Positions 1 through 8,013 of a DNA stretch of 39,451 nt are shown piece after piece. A program made the position numbers and the translations under genes. Below the pieces are notes generated by a model. The model was not told where the DNA came from. It did no database searches and saw nothing but the letters and a program-made list of their open reading frames with translations. The DNA comes from Holophagae bacterium (GTDB lineage Bacteria; Acidobacteriota; Thermoanaerobaculia; Thermoanaerobaculales; Sulfomarinibacteraceae): assembly GCA_030637505.1 (NCBI GenBank), contig DAOWGJ010000297.1, positions 1-39,451 of the forward strand, written 5' to 3'. The first letter of the stretch is position 1. The number at the start of each line of letters is the position of its first letter.

Positions 1-104
1 CTAGTGTCGGGAGATGTCCTCCCTGGTTCCAACTCCGCCGGGTTGCTACACTTTGCCGACGTGGCGACCGGCCGGCGACTGGATTGCGGCGTGATGGAGG
101 CGGG

Positions 105-1337
105 ATGACAGAAACGATCCAACAGCAGATTCAGTTTTTGACCAAGGGTTGTGTTGACGTGGTGCCCTCGGATGCGCTGCGGAAAAAGCTCCAGCGGTCC
201 TGGGAAAAAGGCGAGCCTCTGACGATCAAGGTGGGCTTTGATCCTTCGGCCCCAGACCTGCACCTGGGTCACACGGTGATCATTCGAAAGATGCGGCACT
301 TTCAGCAATTGGGTCATCGGGTCGTCTTCCTGATCGGAGACTTTACCGGGCTGATCGGTGACCCAACGGGGAAGAACACCACTCGGCCGCAATTGACACC
401 GGAGGAAATCGAGACCAATGCGGCAACCTACCGCCGTCAGATCTTCAAACTCCTCGACCCCGAAACAACCGTCGTCGATTTCAACTCAAAGTGGTTGGGC
501 CGATTGAGCTCCGCTGAATGGATCAGGCTGGCGGCCAAGGTGACGGTCGCCCAGATGCTCGAGCGGGACGACTTCCGTACGCGGTACGAGGCCCAGAAGC
601 CGATCGCACTTCACGAATTCCTCTATCCCCTGGCTCAAGCGTATGACTCGGTGGTCCTGAAGTGTGACGTGGAACTGGGCGGTACCGACCAACTCTTCAA
701 CCTCCTGATGGGCCGTCATCTCATGAAGGAACATGGGTTGGAACCACAGGTCGCCATGACCCTGCCCCTGTTAGAGGGCCTGGACGGCGTGGAAAAAATG
801 TCCAAGAGCCTGGGCAATTACGTAGCCATTGAAGATCCACCGAACGAGATGTTCGGCAAGCTGATGTCGGTGTCGGACGATCTGATGTGGAAGTACTGGC
901 TCCTGTTGACCGATCGGACAGCCGAAGACATCGAGAAGATGAAGGCCGACGTCAACGAGGGTCGACGGCATCCGATGGAGGTCAAAAAGGACCTGGCCCG
1001 GTCACTGGTGGAAGAGTTTCACGGTGCGGATGCCGCCGAGTCGGCCGAGGGTGAGTTTGGACGGGTGTTTTCCGGGCGGAAATTACCGGCCGAGATTCCG
1101 GAGGTCGAGATCACCAGTGAGACCCCAACCATGCTGCTGTCCAAGGTCCTGGTCCAAGCGGGTTTGGCCGTTTCGAATTCCGAGGCGCGTCGGCTGATGT
1201 CGCAGGGGGGGGTCAAGGTCGACGGCGAGGGCGCCGGTGACCCAAAAATGATCATTTCTGCAATCTCGGGACAGTCTCTGTTGATCCAGGTCGGAAAACG
1301 ACGGATCGCCAGGGTATCGATTGTGAAAACCGACTGA
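105..1337 (+). CDS. tyrS: Tyrosine--tRNA ligase (class I aaRS with C-terminal S4-like domain)
   Basis: Class I signatures HLGH (PDLHLGH) and KMSKS are present, and the C-terminal part (ARRLMSQGGVKVDG) looks S4-like. The track ORF opens at TTG 84. ATG 105 follows GGAGG and is the likelier start. Confidence 0.93.
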   Translation: MTETIQQQIQFLTKGCVDVVPSDALRKKLQRSWEKGEPLTIKVGFDPSAPDLHLGHTVIIRKMRHFQQLGHRVVFLIGDFTGLIGDPTGKNTTRPQLTPEEIETNAATYRRQIFKLLDPETTVVDFNSKWLGRLSSAEWIRLAAKVTVAQMLERDDFRTRYEAQKPIALHEFLYPLAQAYDSVVLKCDVELGGTDQLFNLLMGRHLMKEHGLEPQVAMTLPLLEGLDGVEKMSKSLGNYVAIEDPPNEMFGKLMSVSDDLMWKYWLLLTDRTAEDIEKMKADVNEGRRHPMEVKKDLARSLVEEFHGADAAESAEGEFGRVFSGRKLPAEIPEVEITSETPTMLLSKVLVQAGLAVSNSEARRLMSQGGVKVDGEGAGDPKMIISAISGQSLLIQVGKRRIARVSIVKTD

Positions 1338-1368
1338 GCCGGAACCTCTTTGGTTCCGGCTCAGTCGG
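1330..1368. terminator. Perfect 17-bp stem / 5-nt loop hairpin between convergent tyrS and fur; probable bidirectional terminator
   Basis: CCGACTGAGCCGGAACC (1330-1346), loop TCTTT, GGTTCCGGCTCAGTCGG (1352-1368). The left arm includes the tyrS stop codon. There is no long T-tract on either side. Confidence 0.65.
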
Positions 1369-1422
1369 AAGCTGTTGACGAAAGGCTAACGGCTTTACCC
1401 AGTCCTTGCGTAGATTCTGGGC

Positions 1423-1887
1423 CTAAAAGAACGACGTCTCCTGTTCGACCTTTTGCCCTTCTTCACTCAGGCCTTGAATCTGAATTGATATGAAGGACGG
1501 CCGGAACTTGTGGTCGTGGCAGATGTGACGGAGGCGCTCATCCAGATCCGCATCCCAGAACTCGATGATCTTGCCGGTGGCCATGCAGACCATGTGGTGG
1601 TGTCCCCCACCCGGTTCCATCTTCTCGTAGAAGTAGTGCTCCCGGCCCAAGCGGCTCTTCCGGACCAGACCGCATTGCACCAGGAGGTCGAGTGTTCTGT
1701 AGACCGTTGCGCGGGAGACCTTGCGCTTCTTCACCTTCATTCTGGCCAGCAGATCGTCGGCGTCCAAGTGGTCACTGGTTGCAAAGATTTCATCCAACAG
1801 GGCCAGCCTCTCCTGGGTCACCTTGAGATTGTTCTCTCTCAGGTGCTGAATGAATAGCTTCTGGGCACGTTGCGCCAACTTGCTCAT
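1423..1887 (-). CDS. Fur-family metalloregulator (Fur/PerR/Zur subtype not resolved)
   Basis: Winged-helix segment SRATVYRTLDLLVQCGLV plus His-rich metal site (GGGHHHMVC, HICHDH). ATG 1887 (MSKLAQ...) follows GGGAG. The 178-aa track ORF extends upstream over the predicted promoter and is rejected. Confidence 0.85.
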   Translation of the reverse strand: MSKLAQRAQKLFIQHLRENNLKVTQERLALLDEIFATSDHLDADDLLARMKVKKRKVSRATVYRTLDLLVQCGLVRKSRLGREHYFYEKMEPGGGHHHMVCMATGKIIEFWDADLDERLRHICHDHKFRPSFISIQIQGLSEEGQKVEQETSFF

Positions 1888-1930
1888 GGTCACTCCCTCT
1901 AATCCAGACTCATTTTCAATGTCACCACAT

Positions 1931-1959
1931 ATGTTATGTCTCGATGCTCGACGTGTCAA
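1931..1959 (-). promoter_or_regulatory. Sigma70-type promoter for the fur-family gene
   Basis: Minus strand reads TTGACA (1954-1959), a 17-nt spacer, then TAACAT (1931-1936), about 40 nt upstream of ATG 1887. Confidence 0.5.
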
Positions 1960-2053
1960 GGGGAAGATGACACTGGATTCTGGGAGGCGCCGGTCGCGAA
2001 GGATCGGTTAGAGTGTCGTCAGAAACTTACCGGTGATTAGAGGGGGGGTATCG

Positions 2054-3586
2054 ATGGACTATCCAATCTGGGATTTTGCGATGGGCGGCGGTATGTTGAT
2101 GGCCTTGGTGGCCGTTCCCCATGTGATTGTGGCTCACTTTGCCGTCGGGGGCGGGTTGTTGATCGCGGTGACGGAAACCCTCGGAGTACGGCGGAATGAC
2201 CCGGAACTTCGAGAACTGGCCAAACGTTCCTCGCTGGTGTTGATTCTCGTATCCACCGTTTACGGAGCTATTTCCGGGGTCGGCATCTGGGTGGTTGCCG
2301 GTTTGATCTCTCCGGGGGCGATTTCCAGCCTGATTCACAATTATGTGTGGGGGTGGGCCATTGAGTGGGTGTTCTTTATTCTCGAAATCGTCGCTGCCCT
2401 GGTCTACTACGGCACCTGGGACAAGATCTCGAAGAAAGCACACATGTTGGTCGGATGGCTTTACTTTGTCGGAGCCTACGGATCACTGGTTGTCATCAAC
2501 GGGATCATCACCTACCAGTTGACCCCGGGGAAGTGGCTTGAGAGCCACGCCTTCTGGGACGGCTTCTTCAATCCGACCTATTGGCCCGCGACCCTGCTTC
2601 GGACCGGAGTCGCCTTGATGATGGCTGCCGCGTTCATGCTCTTCCCGGCGTCGAAAAGTCGGGAGGCCGGCACTAGGTTGGTGCGGTACATCGGCGGCTG
2701 GCTCGTGGCCGGCTCGTTGATTTCCTACGTCGGCTATCGCTGGTGGGAAGCGCAGCTGGGTGAGACGACGCGGGCCCTTTTCTTGGGAGAGTCCCCGACT
2801 TTGGCCTCTCTGGCGGCAACCCGATCATTCACCTTGTGGGCCTTGGCGGCGGCGCTGGTCCTGGGAATTGTGTTCCTGTTGATCGTCCCTCGAAGCATCA
2901 AGGCGATCGTGCCCGGCATCCTGGTTATGGTGGCGGCGTTTGCCTTTTTCGGTGGTTGGGAGCGGCTCCGCGAAGGTAGCCGCAAGCCTTTCCTGATTCA
3001 CTCACACCTTTTTTCCAACGGGTTGTTGGTTGAGGACATCGAACGGATCAACTCGGCGGGTCTTCAGGCCTATACCGGTTGGGCGTCGACCGGCGGCTTG
3101 GATGACCCTATCGAGGTAGGACGCCGGGTGTTCAAAATTCAGTGCGCCGCCTGTCACACCCTCGGCGGATACCGGAGCATCACCGAGGCCTTGCCGACCT
3201 TTCAGGAGATGCTGGCTGTCACCGCGAACGATCCACCAGGATCGGGCGCTGCGGCATTTGAGGCCGGCTGTGCCTCGTGCCATCGCGACTCCAATTTTGA
3301 GGAAATGGTGGAATTCATGCCAGGGGCCGACGAGATGAAGGAGGATCCCGAGATGGTCACAGACCTTCTGGTGGGCATGATCACGGGCACGCTCGAGCAA
3401 TTACGTGACATGGGGCAGGCATATGTTGATGCCGACCGGTCCGTTCAATTCGACACGCAGACCACCGCCTACCCGATGATGCCGCCCTTTGTCGGGAACG
3501 ACGAGGACCTCGAGGCCCTGGCGACGTTTCTGGGGACACTGACCCATGATGGCGCGTCTACAGTTTTGACTGGAGGTGGAGAATGA
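2054..3586 (+). CDS. CydA-fold (cytochrome bd subunit I-like) membrane protein fused to a C-terminal dihaem cytochrome c domain
   Basis: By-eye alignment to E. coli CydA: HVIVAHFAVGGGLLIAVTET vs HFLFVPLTLGMAFLLAIMET; AIEW..LEIV..GTWDK vs AIEG..LEST..FGWDR; GWERLREGSRKPF vs GWFVAEYGRQPW. About 8 predicted TM helices precede a soluble tail with CAACH (nt 3143-3157), CASCH (nt 3269-3283) and PMMPPF. ATG 2054 follows a G-rich RBS (AGAGGGGGGG). Confidence 0.75.
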   Translation: MDYPIWDFAMGGGMLMALVAVPHVIVAHFAVGGGLLIAVTETLGVRRNDPELRELAKRSSLVLILVSTVYGAISGVGIWVVAGLISPGAISSLIHNYVWGWAIEWVFFILEIVAALVYYGTWDKISKKAHMLVGWLYFVGAYGSLVVINGIITYQLTPGKWLESHAFWDGFFNPTYWPATLLRTGVALMMAAAFMLFPASKSREAGTRLVRYIGGWLVAGSLISYVGYRWWEAQLGETTRALFLGESPTLASLAATRSFTLWALAAALVLGIVFLLIVPRSIKAIVPGILVMVAAFAFFGGWERLREGSRKPFLIHSHLFSNGLLVEDIERINSAGLQAYTGWASTGGLDDPIEVGRRVFKIQCAACHTLGGYRSITEALPTFQEMLAVTANDPPGSGAAAFEAGCASCHRDSNFEEMVEFMPGADEMKEDPEMVTDLLVGMITGTLEQLRDMGQAYVDADRSVQFDTQTTAYPMMPPFVGNDEDLEALATFLGTLTHDGASTVLTGGGE

Positions 3587-4701
3587 CTCCTGATTTGATT
3601 CCTGCAGTTGACGCGGCCGGCCTCCCGGGCCCGGTCTGGCTCTTCCAGTTCTTGTTGGTTCTTACCTTTTTCCTCCACCTGCTGTTCGTGAACCTGACCT
3701 TGGGCGGGACCCTGATGGCGGCCATTTCCCACACCCTTGCCCGCGGCCGGGCCGATGACCCTCGGGGCGTGCTGGCCGGGCGGTTGATCGGGATCAATGG
3801 ATACGGTATTTCCTTAACGATTACCACCGGCGTCGCCCCGTTGCTGTTTATTCAATTGCTTTACCACCAATTTTTCTACACGGCCACCATTCTGATTGGC
3901 TGGATGTGGCTTTCTCTGTTGCTTTTTCTGACTGTCGGCTACTACGCCGTCTATCTCTACAAATTCAAGGGCGCCCCTGCTCGCGGCCGTGGTGGCGGTG
4001 TGTGGCTGTGGACGGCTGCAATCCTGTTCATGGTCATCGGTGCGATTCAGGTTGCCGTCAACCTCATCCATATGCAGCCGGGGTCCTGGGAAGCGCTTGC
4101 CGGCAATCCCTGGGCGATTCTCAACGACCCAACTTTCGTTCCACGCTACCTGCACTTCCTGTTGGCCGGAGTGGCCCTGTCGGCAATGGTCGTCACCTGG
4201 TGGGCCGTTCGGCAAGCGCGCCAGGGTATCGATCCGGACCTCAACGGCACGATTGCACACTTCGCATGGAAGTGGGTTCTGTGGGCCTCGGTGCTGCAGA
4301 TCGCCGACGGCCTGTGGTTGACGATGGCCCTGCCGAAAGATGTCCTGCTCGGCCTGATGAGGGGTGGCGGTGCAACGATGGGGCCGTTTACCGTCGGAGT
4401 CTTCTTCGGTATCGGCATCCTGGTGATGGTGGCCCGGTGTAGTGACCCGGTAACCAGACCTGCACTTGTGACAGCAACCCTTGGGACCACCCTGGCCACG
4501 ATGGCTATCATGGTGGTGACCAGAGACCAGGTCCGTTCGATCTACATGGGTTCATCGGTCGACTTGTCTCAGTTCGTCATCCGAGCACAGTGGGGGAACT
4601 TCTGGCTCTTTGCGATTCTGCTGGTCCTGGGGTTGGCCACCGTCTATTACATGATCCGCAGGGTTCTCAATGAACCAGCGGAGGGTGCGGACGCTGCCTA
4701 G
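3583..4701 (+). CDS. Polytopic membrane protein, second CydA-fold paralogue and probable partner subunit
   Basis: ATGA overlap with the upstream gene. About 9 hydrophobic segments. The TM1 motif FLHLLFVNLTLGGTLMAAISHT closely matches CydA YHFLFVPLTLGMAFLLAIMET. It has no CxxCH, and the acidic CydA residues are not conserved (FIQLL for AIEGL). Confidence 0.6.
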   Translation: MTPDLIPAVDAAGLPGPVWLFQFLLVLTFFLHLLFVNLTLGGTLMAAISHTLARGRADDPRGVLAGRLIGINGYGISLTITTGVAPLLFIQLLYHQFFYTATILIGWMWLSLLLFLTVGYYAVYLYKFKGAPARGRGGGVWLWTAAILFMVIGAIQVAVNLIHMQPGSWEALAGNPWAILNDPTFVPRYLHFLLAGVALSAMVVTWWAVRQARQGIDPDLNGTIAHFAWKWVLWASVLQIADGLWLTMALPKDVLLGLMRGGGATMGPFTVGVFFGIGILVMVARCSDPVTRPALVTATLGTTLATMAIMVVTRDQVRSIYMGSSVDLSQFVIRAQWGNFWLFAILLVLGLATVYYMIRRVLNEPAEGADAA

Positions 4702-4742
4702 CCCGTACTTCTCACCAAGTTTCGTCGCAAGGCAATCGAGTC

Positions 4743-4773
4743 AAAAAAGGGCGGCCTTCGGGCCGTCCTTTTT
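4743..4773. terminator. Bidirectional rho-independent terminator
   Basis: AAAAAAGGGCGGCC-TTCG-GGCCGTCCTTTTT: a GC stem with a TTCG loop, flanked by an A-run and a T-run. It sits between the convergent oxidase-like operon (+) and tatA (-). Confidence 0.75.
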
Positions 4774-4807
4774 AATCCTGATGAGATATCCGGGTTGGTT
4801 GGAGCGC

Positions 4808-4987
4808 TCAGTCCGACGATCCGTTGTCCTCAGCCTCGTCGTTTTTCCCGCTCTTGATCGAGTCTTTGAAGTTGCGGATGCCCTCACCGAGACCCTTGCC
4901 GAGCCGAGGGAGCTTGTTGACGCCGAAAATCAAGACGACGATCGCGAGAATAATCAGGAGTTCAGGGAGACCAAGGCTACCAAACAT
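4808..4987 (-). CDS. tatA: Twin-arginine translocase subunit TatA/E (59 aa; below the ORF-track cutoff)
   Basis: Hand translation: [59 protein letters not shown]. This shows the TatA hallmarks: an N-terminal TM helix, the FG hinge and an amphipathic helix. GGAGG lies 5 nt upstream of the ATG. Confidence 0.88.
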   Translation of the reverse strand: MFGSLGLPELLIILAIVVLIFGVNKLPRLGKGLGEGIRNFKDSIKSGKNDEAEDNGSSD

Positions 4988-5948
4988 CGAAACCTCCAGT
5001 GGCTGCCAAGTCTAGCAGAAATGCCGTTGCCTCGGCGGGCGCTCCGATGTGTTGGGCGATTCCGGCAGCGGCCGAGGCAGTTTTGGGAACCCATCGATGG
5101 TAGTGGGGCAAGCCTTTCGCCGAGAGGAAGGCAAAGGTCCCCAGGACCTTGAGCGCGCGTTGAAGGGTCGTTTCTTCCAGGCGGCGTTCCCATCCGTGAG
5201 CGGCGCCGACACCCTCGGCCCAGGACTGAGCAATGGCGCGCCGCTCGGCACCGTTCAGTAGGTCGGGCATCGCGCGATCCCCGAGCAGACTGGCAAGATC
5301 GTAGGTGTCCGGCCCCCTTCGAAGGTCCTGAACATCGATGACCCCGACCCGGCCGTCGGCCCTCACCAGGATGTTGTTGAGATGGAAATCCCGGAAGCAG
5401 ATCGTCTGTGGGTGTCCGGAGACCGCTGCTGCGAGGTCGTCGAACCACACCTGAAGTACTGAACTGGCTTCCCGTCTTCTGCTCGACGGGCAGCTCCACA
5501 TCTCGAAACCGGCCAGTTCCCATCTGAGAAATGCCTGATCGAGTGAGGGGTTCCAGTCGGGGAGTTCCCGAGGAGGAAGTCTTGAAAGTTGAAAGAGGGG
5601 CTCGACCATGGCGGTGGCGCAAATGACTCGTGATGCTGGAGTTGTTCGTCTCAGGGTCTGTTCTCCGTCGACCCGGCCGAGGTCCTCCAGTAGAACCCAG
5701 GGCGACTGATCGTCACCGACCAGTATCTGAGGAACCGGGAGTCCCCGGTCCCGCAGCCAAATCAACACTTCAATGTCCCTTTTGACCACCGAGAGCCAGC
5801 GGTCGGGGTATCGGCACAGGACGGCAGTCCCTCCCGCTGCCAACACAACCCGCCAGTAGCGGCGGCCGGAGGCATCACCGGCGATCGGCTGCCAATGGGT
5901 GATCCTGTGGGACCCAATGGTGTCCGGGGGCTTAGGTATCGTCTCCAT
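4977..5948 (-). CDS. Aminoglycoside-phosphotransferase-fold kinase (AmgK/MurNAc-GlcNAc kinase-like)
   Basis: Motifs [11 protein letters not shown], catalytic loop [11 protein letters not shown] and [22 protein letters not shown] are typical of the APH/choline-kinase fold. The substrate is not assignable from sequence. The stop lies 11 nt inside tatA. Confidence 0.7.
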   Translation of the reverse strand: METIPKPPDTIGSHRITHWQPIAGDASGRRYWRVVLAAGGTAVLCRYPDRWLSVVKRDIEVLIWLRDRGLPVPQILVGDDQSPWVLLEDLGRVDGEQTLRRTTPASRVICATAMVEPLFQLSRLPPRELPDWNPSLDQAFLRWELAGFEMWSCPSSRRREASSVLQVWFDDLAAAVSGHPQTICFRDFHLNNILVRADGRVGVIDVQDLRRGPDTYDLASLLGDRAMPDLLNGAERRAIAQSWAEGVGAAHGWERRLEETTLQRALKVLGTFAFLSAKGLPHYHRWVPKTASAAAGIAQHIGAPAEATAFLLDLAATGGFDVW

Positions 5949-6007
5949 CCACGCTATTCTCTCCGAGAACGGCCATTATATCGAGTTCATTGGCCGCCGG
6001 AGAGTGC

Positions 6008-7057
6008 ATGAATCTGATAGGCAAGACATCCGCCGAGATCGCTCAGTTGCTCCAGAGCACCGTCGACCGGGATTTCCGCGGACACCAAATCGCCGGTTGG
6101 ATACACCAGCGTGCCGCGCGAACCTTCGAAGAGATGTCCAACCTTCCCAAGGCTCTGCGAGAGACCCTGGCGGCCGAATTCTCTCTGGCCGAGCCGGAGA
6201 TCCTTGAAAGGGTGGTCAGCAGCGACGGTTCCACCAAGTACCTCTTCGCGGTTGAAGATAGGGAGACGTTCGAGGGTGTCTCCATGCCCGACGGTGGCAA
6301 GGCAACCCTGTGTCTTTCGGCTCAGACCGGGTGCGCCGTCGGCTGCACCTTCTGCGTAACCGGCGCCCTGGGTGCAGGTCGGAACCTCAGTGCTACCGAA
6401 ATGGTCGGCCAGTATCGCCTGATGCGCCGGGATCTTCCAGATGAGGTCGAGAGGGTCAACCTTGTCTTCATGGGCATGGGGGAACCCTTGCTCAATACCA
6501 CCCACCTCGGTCAGGCCCTGGCGGTTTTGTTCGAGAGGGTCAGCCCGAAACGGATCACCATCTCGACCGCCGGAATTATCCCGGGGATACGGTGGATGGC
6601 CGAGTTGCCTCGGCGCCCCAAGCTGGCCCTGTCGCTCAACGCCCCCGACCAGAAGCGTCGTCAGGAGATCATGCCCATCACCAGGCGATACCCTCTTGAT
6701 CAATTGATGGCAACCGTTCGCGCGTTTCCTCTGGAACGTGGTCGGCGGATCACCTTCGAGTACGTGTTGATTCGGGACTTCAACGACCACATCTCCGATG
6801 CCGAGGCGGTGGCCCGACTGACCGAAGGCATTCCCAGCAAGATCAACGTCATCCCCTTGAACGAAGATGCGGAACATTTTCCAGAGCTCAAGCAGCCTTC
6901 AAGAGACGTTGTGGATTCCTTCGCCCGAGCCCTGAGAGATGCCGGTCGGGTTGTGACCGTCAGGTGGTCAAAGGGCGCCGATGTGGCCGCCGCCTGCGGG
7001 CAACTCAAGGGGCTCGGTTCCACCCAACGGAGCCGTCAGGTACAAGAACACAATTGA
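6008..7057 (+). CDS. rlmN: Dual-specificity 23S rRNA/tRNA adenine-C2 methyltransferase RlmN (radical SAM)
   Basis: Radical-SAM CxxxCxxC motif (CAVGCTFC). N-terminal FRGHQIAGWIH and C-terminal AACGQLK are characteristic of RlmN/Cfr. ATG 6008 is preferred over TTG 5990. Confidence 0.9.
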   Translation: MNLIGKTSAEIAQLLQSTVDRDFRGHQIAGWIHQRAARTFEEMSNLPKALRETLAAEFSLAEPEILERVVSSDGSTKYLFAVEDRETFEGVSMPDGGKATLCLSAQTGCAVGCTFCVTGALGAGRNLSATEMVGQYRLMRRDLPDEVERVNLVFMGMGEPLLNTTHLGQALAVLFERVSPKRITISTAGIIPGIRWMAELPRRPKLALSLNAPDQKRRQEIMPITRRYPLDQLMATVRAFPLERGRRITFEYVLIRDFNDHISDAEAVARLTEGIPSKINVIPLNEDAEHFPELKQPSRDVVDSFARALRDAGRVVTVRWSKGADVAAACGQLKGLGSTQRSRQVQEHN

Positions 7058-7074
7058 ACCGCAAAGGAAATTCG

Positions 7075-7680
7075 CTAATATTTCCTCAGCAACCCCACGA
7101 GAATTCCCTGGATCACAACCCTCGACGCAGGCATCACGATCGGCGACATGGCCGGATTGGCGCCCTGAAGCCGAACCCTTCCACCCGGTTCCGGAAAGAA
7201 CCGCTTCAATGTCGCCTCACCGTCAACCAGCGCTACGACCGTGTCACCCGGCTTGGCCTCGGGCACCCGTTTGACGACAATGTGGTCCCCATCGTGGATG
7301 CCGTCATCGATCATCGAAAGGCCACGGACCTGGAGGACAAAGTGATCTCCTTTTCCCACCATGTCCGGTGGAACGCTGGTCTCTTCAGACTCTCCAAAGT
7401 TCTCGATCGGGGATCCCGCCGCAACGGCGCCGACCAGAGGCAAAGTGACCGAAGGCGACGCAGGGGCCGCTCCGACAACTCTCAGGCCCTGTTTCTGGTG
7501 CTTATTCTTCTCCAAGAACCCTTTACTCACCAATAAATTGACGTGCTTTTGTGCCGAGGCCGTGCTGGAAAAACCAAAATGAGCGGAGATCTCCCGAAGG
7601 GTCGGCGCCACACCTTCAGCTGTAATCCGGTCCCTAATGAAATCCAAAACGTCTCGCTGCCGAGTAGTGAGAAAATCCAT
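7075..7680 (-). CDS. lexA: LexA repressor (SOS regulator, S24 autopeptidase)
   Basis: N-terminal wHTH (LTTRQRDVLDFI...PTLREISAHFGFSSTASAQKHVNLLVSKGFL). Ser/Lys dyad context (VRGLSMIDDGIHDGDHIVV ... ATLKRF). Confidence 0.93.
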   Translation of the reverse strand: MDFLTTRQRDVLDFIRDRITAEGVAPTLREISAHFGFSSTASAQKHVNLLVSKGFLEKNKHQKQGLRVVGAAPASPSVTLPLVGAVAAGSPIENFGESEETSVPPDMVGKGDHFVLQVRGLSMIDDGIHDGDHIVVKRVPEAKPGDTVVALVDGEATLKRFFPEPGGRVRLQGANPAMSPIVMPASRVVIQGILVGLLRKY

Positions 7681-7686
7681 GTGACT

Positions 7687-7715
7687 ATATTAGGCGAAAA
7701 TAAGGCATAAATCAA
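7687..7715 (-). promoter_or_regulatory. Putative lexA promoter positioned for a leaderless transcript
   Basis: Minus strand reads TTGATT (7710-7715), a 17-nt spacer, TAATAT (7687-7692), then AGTCAC and ATG. No Shine-Dalgarno sequence is present. Confidence 0.45.
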
Positions 7716-7828
7716 GGGTGGGGCCGGAGTGGGATCCAAACGTCGTCGTGGGCGCAATTGCTGGGGATGTGGCTGCTACGCTCCCGATAAGGCCGAGGAA
7801 CCACAGCCGCATGGCCACTAATTGCAAA

Positions 7829-7905
7829 TGGTCGGGGCGAGAGGACTTGAACCTCCGGCCTCACGGTCCCGAACCGTGCGCTCTACCAGACTGAGCTACG
7901 CCCCG
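7829..7905 (-). tRNA. tRNA-Pro (anticodon CGG), CCA encoded
   Basis: Reverse complement folds as a cloverleaf: acceptor CGGGGCG/CGCCCCG, D-arm GCTC-AGTCTGGTA-GAGC, anticodon arm CACGG-TTCGGGA-CCGTG (C34 G35 G36, G37), T-arm GGAGG-TTCAAGT-CCTCT, discriminator A, then CCA. Total 77 nt. Confidence 0.95.
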
Positions 7906-7916
7906 ACAGGTCGCAC

Positions 7917-7945
7917 AGTCTAAACCAGGCCAGGTCAAAACGCAA
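7917..7945 (-). promoter_or_regulatory. Putative promoter for tRNA-Pro
   Basis: Minus strand reads TTGCGT (7940-7945), a 17-nt spacer, then TAGACT (7917-7922), 11 nt upstream of the mature tRNA 5' end. Confidence 0.35.
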
Positions 7946-7965
7946 TCAGCCGCGTTCTTCCTGGC

Positions 7966-7995
7966 TTGACACCCTTACTTCGGGCCGGGTAGGGT
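7966..7995 (+). promoter_or_regulatory. Putative promoter for the NSS transporter gene
   Basis: TTGACA (7966-7971), an 18-nt spacer, then TAGGGT (7990-7995). GAGGA lies upstream of ATG 8014. Confidence 0.35.
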
Positions 7996-8013
7996 TCTCG
8001 ACGCGAGGACCCA

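Noticed and set aside
1-104. Possible T-box leader or other riboswitch upstream of tyrS.
   Set aside because: Only about 100 nt are available. There is no T-box consensus (AANNNGGGTGGNACCGCG-like) or specifier/antiterminator arrangement, just a small GGGAG/CTCCC hairpin at 9-23.
1888-1959. 24-aa N-terminal extension of the Fur-family ORF.
   Set aside because: A near-consensus promoter (TTGACA-N17-TAACAT) lies inside it. ATG 1887 has a good SD and gives a Fur-typical length of 154 aa.
1888-2053. Looked for a canonical Fur box (GATAATGATAATCATTATC), PerR box or other clear operator between fur and the bd-like operon.
   Set aside because: I found only a short 4-3-4 palindrome (CATTTTCAATG, 1911-1921) and a split inverted repeat (AATCCAG 1901-1907 with CTGGATT 1973-1979, and TGTCA with TGACA). 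Neither is a convincing match, so no operator is claimed.
7681-7828. LexA operator of known types: CTGT-N8-ACAG, GAAC-N4-GTTC, RGTAC-N3-GTWC, GGTT-N2-C-N4-G-N3-ACC.
   Set aside because: None of these patterns is present upstream of lexA. No operator feature is reported.
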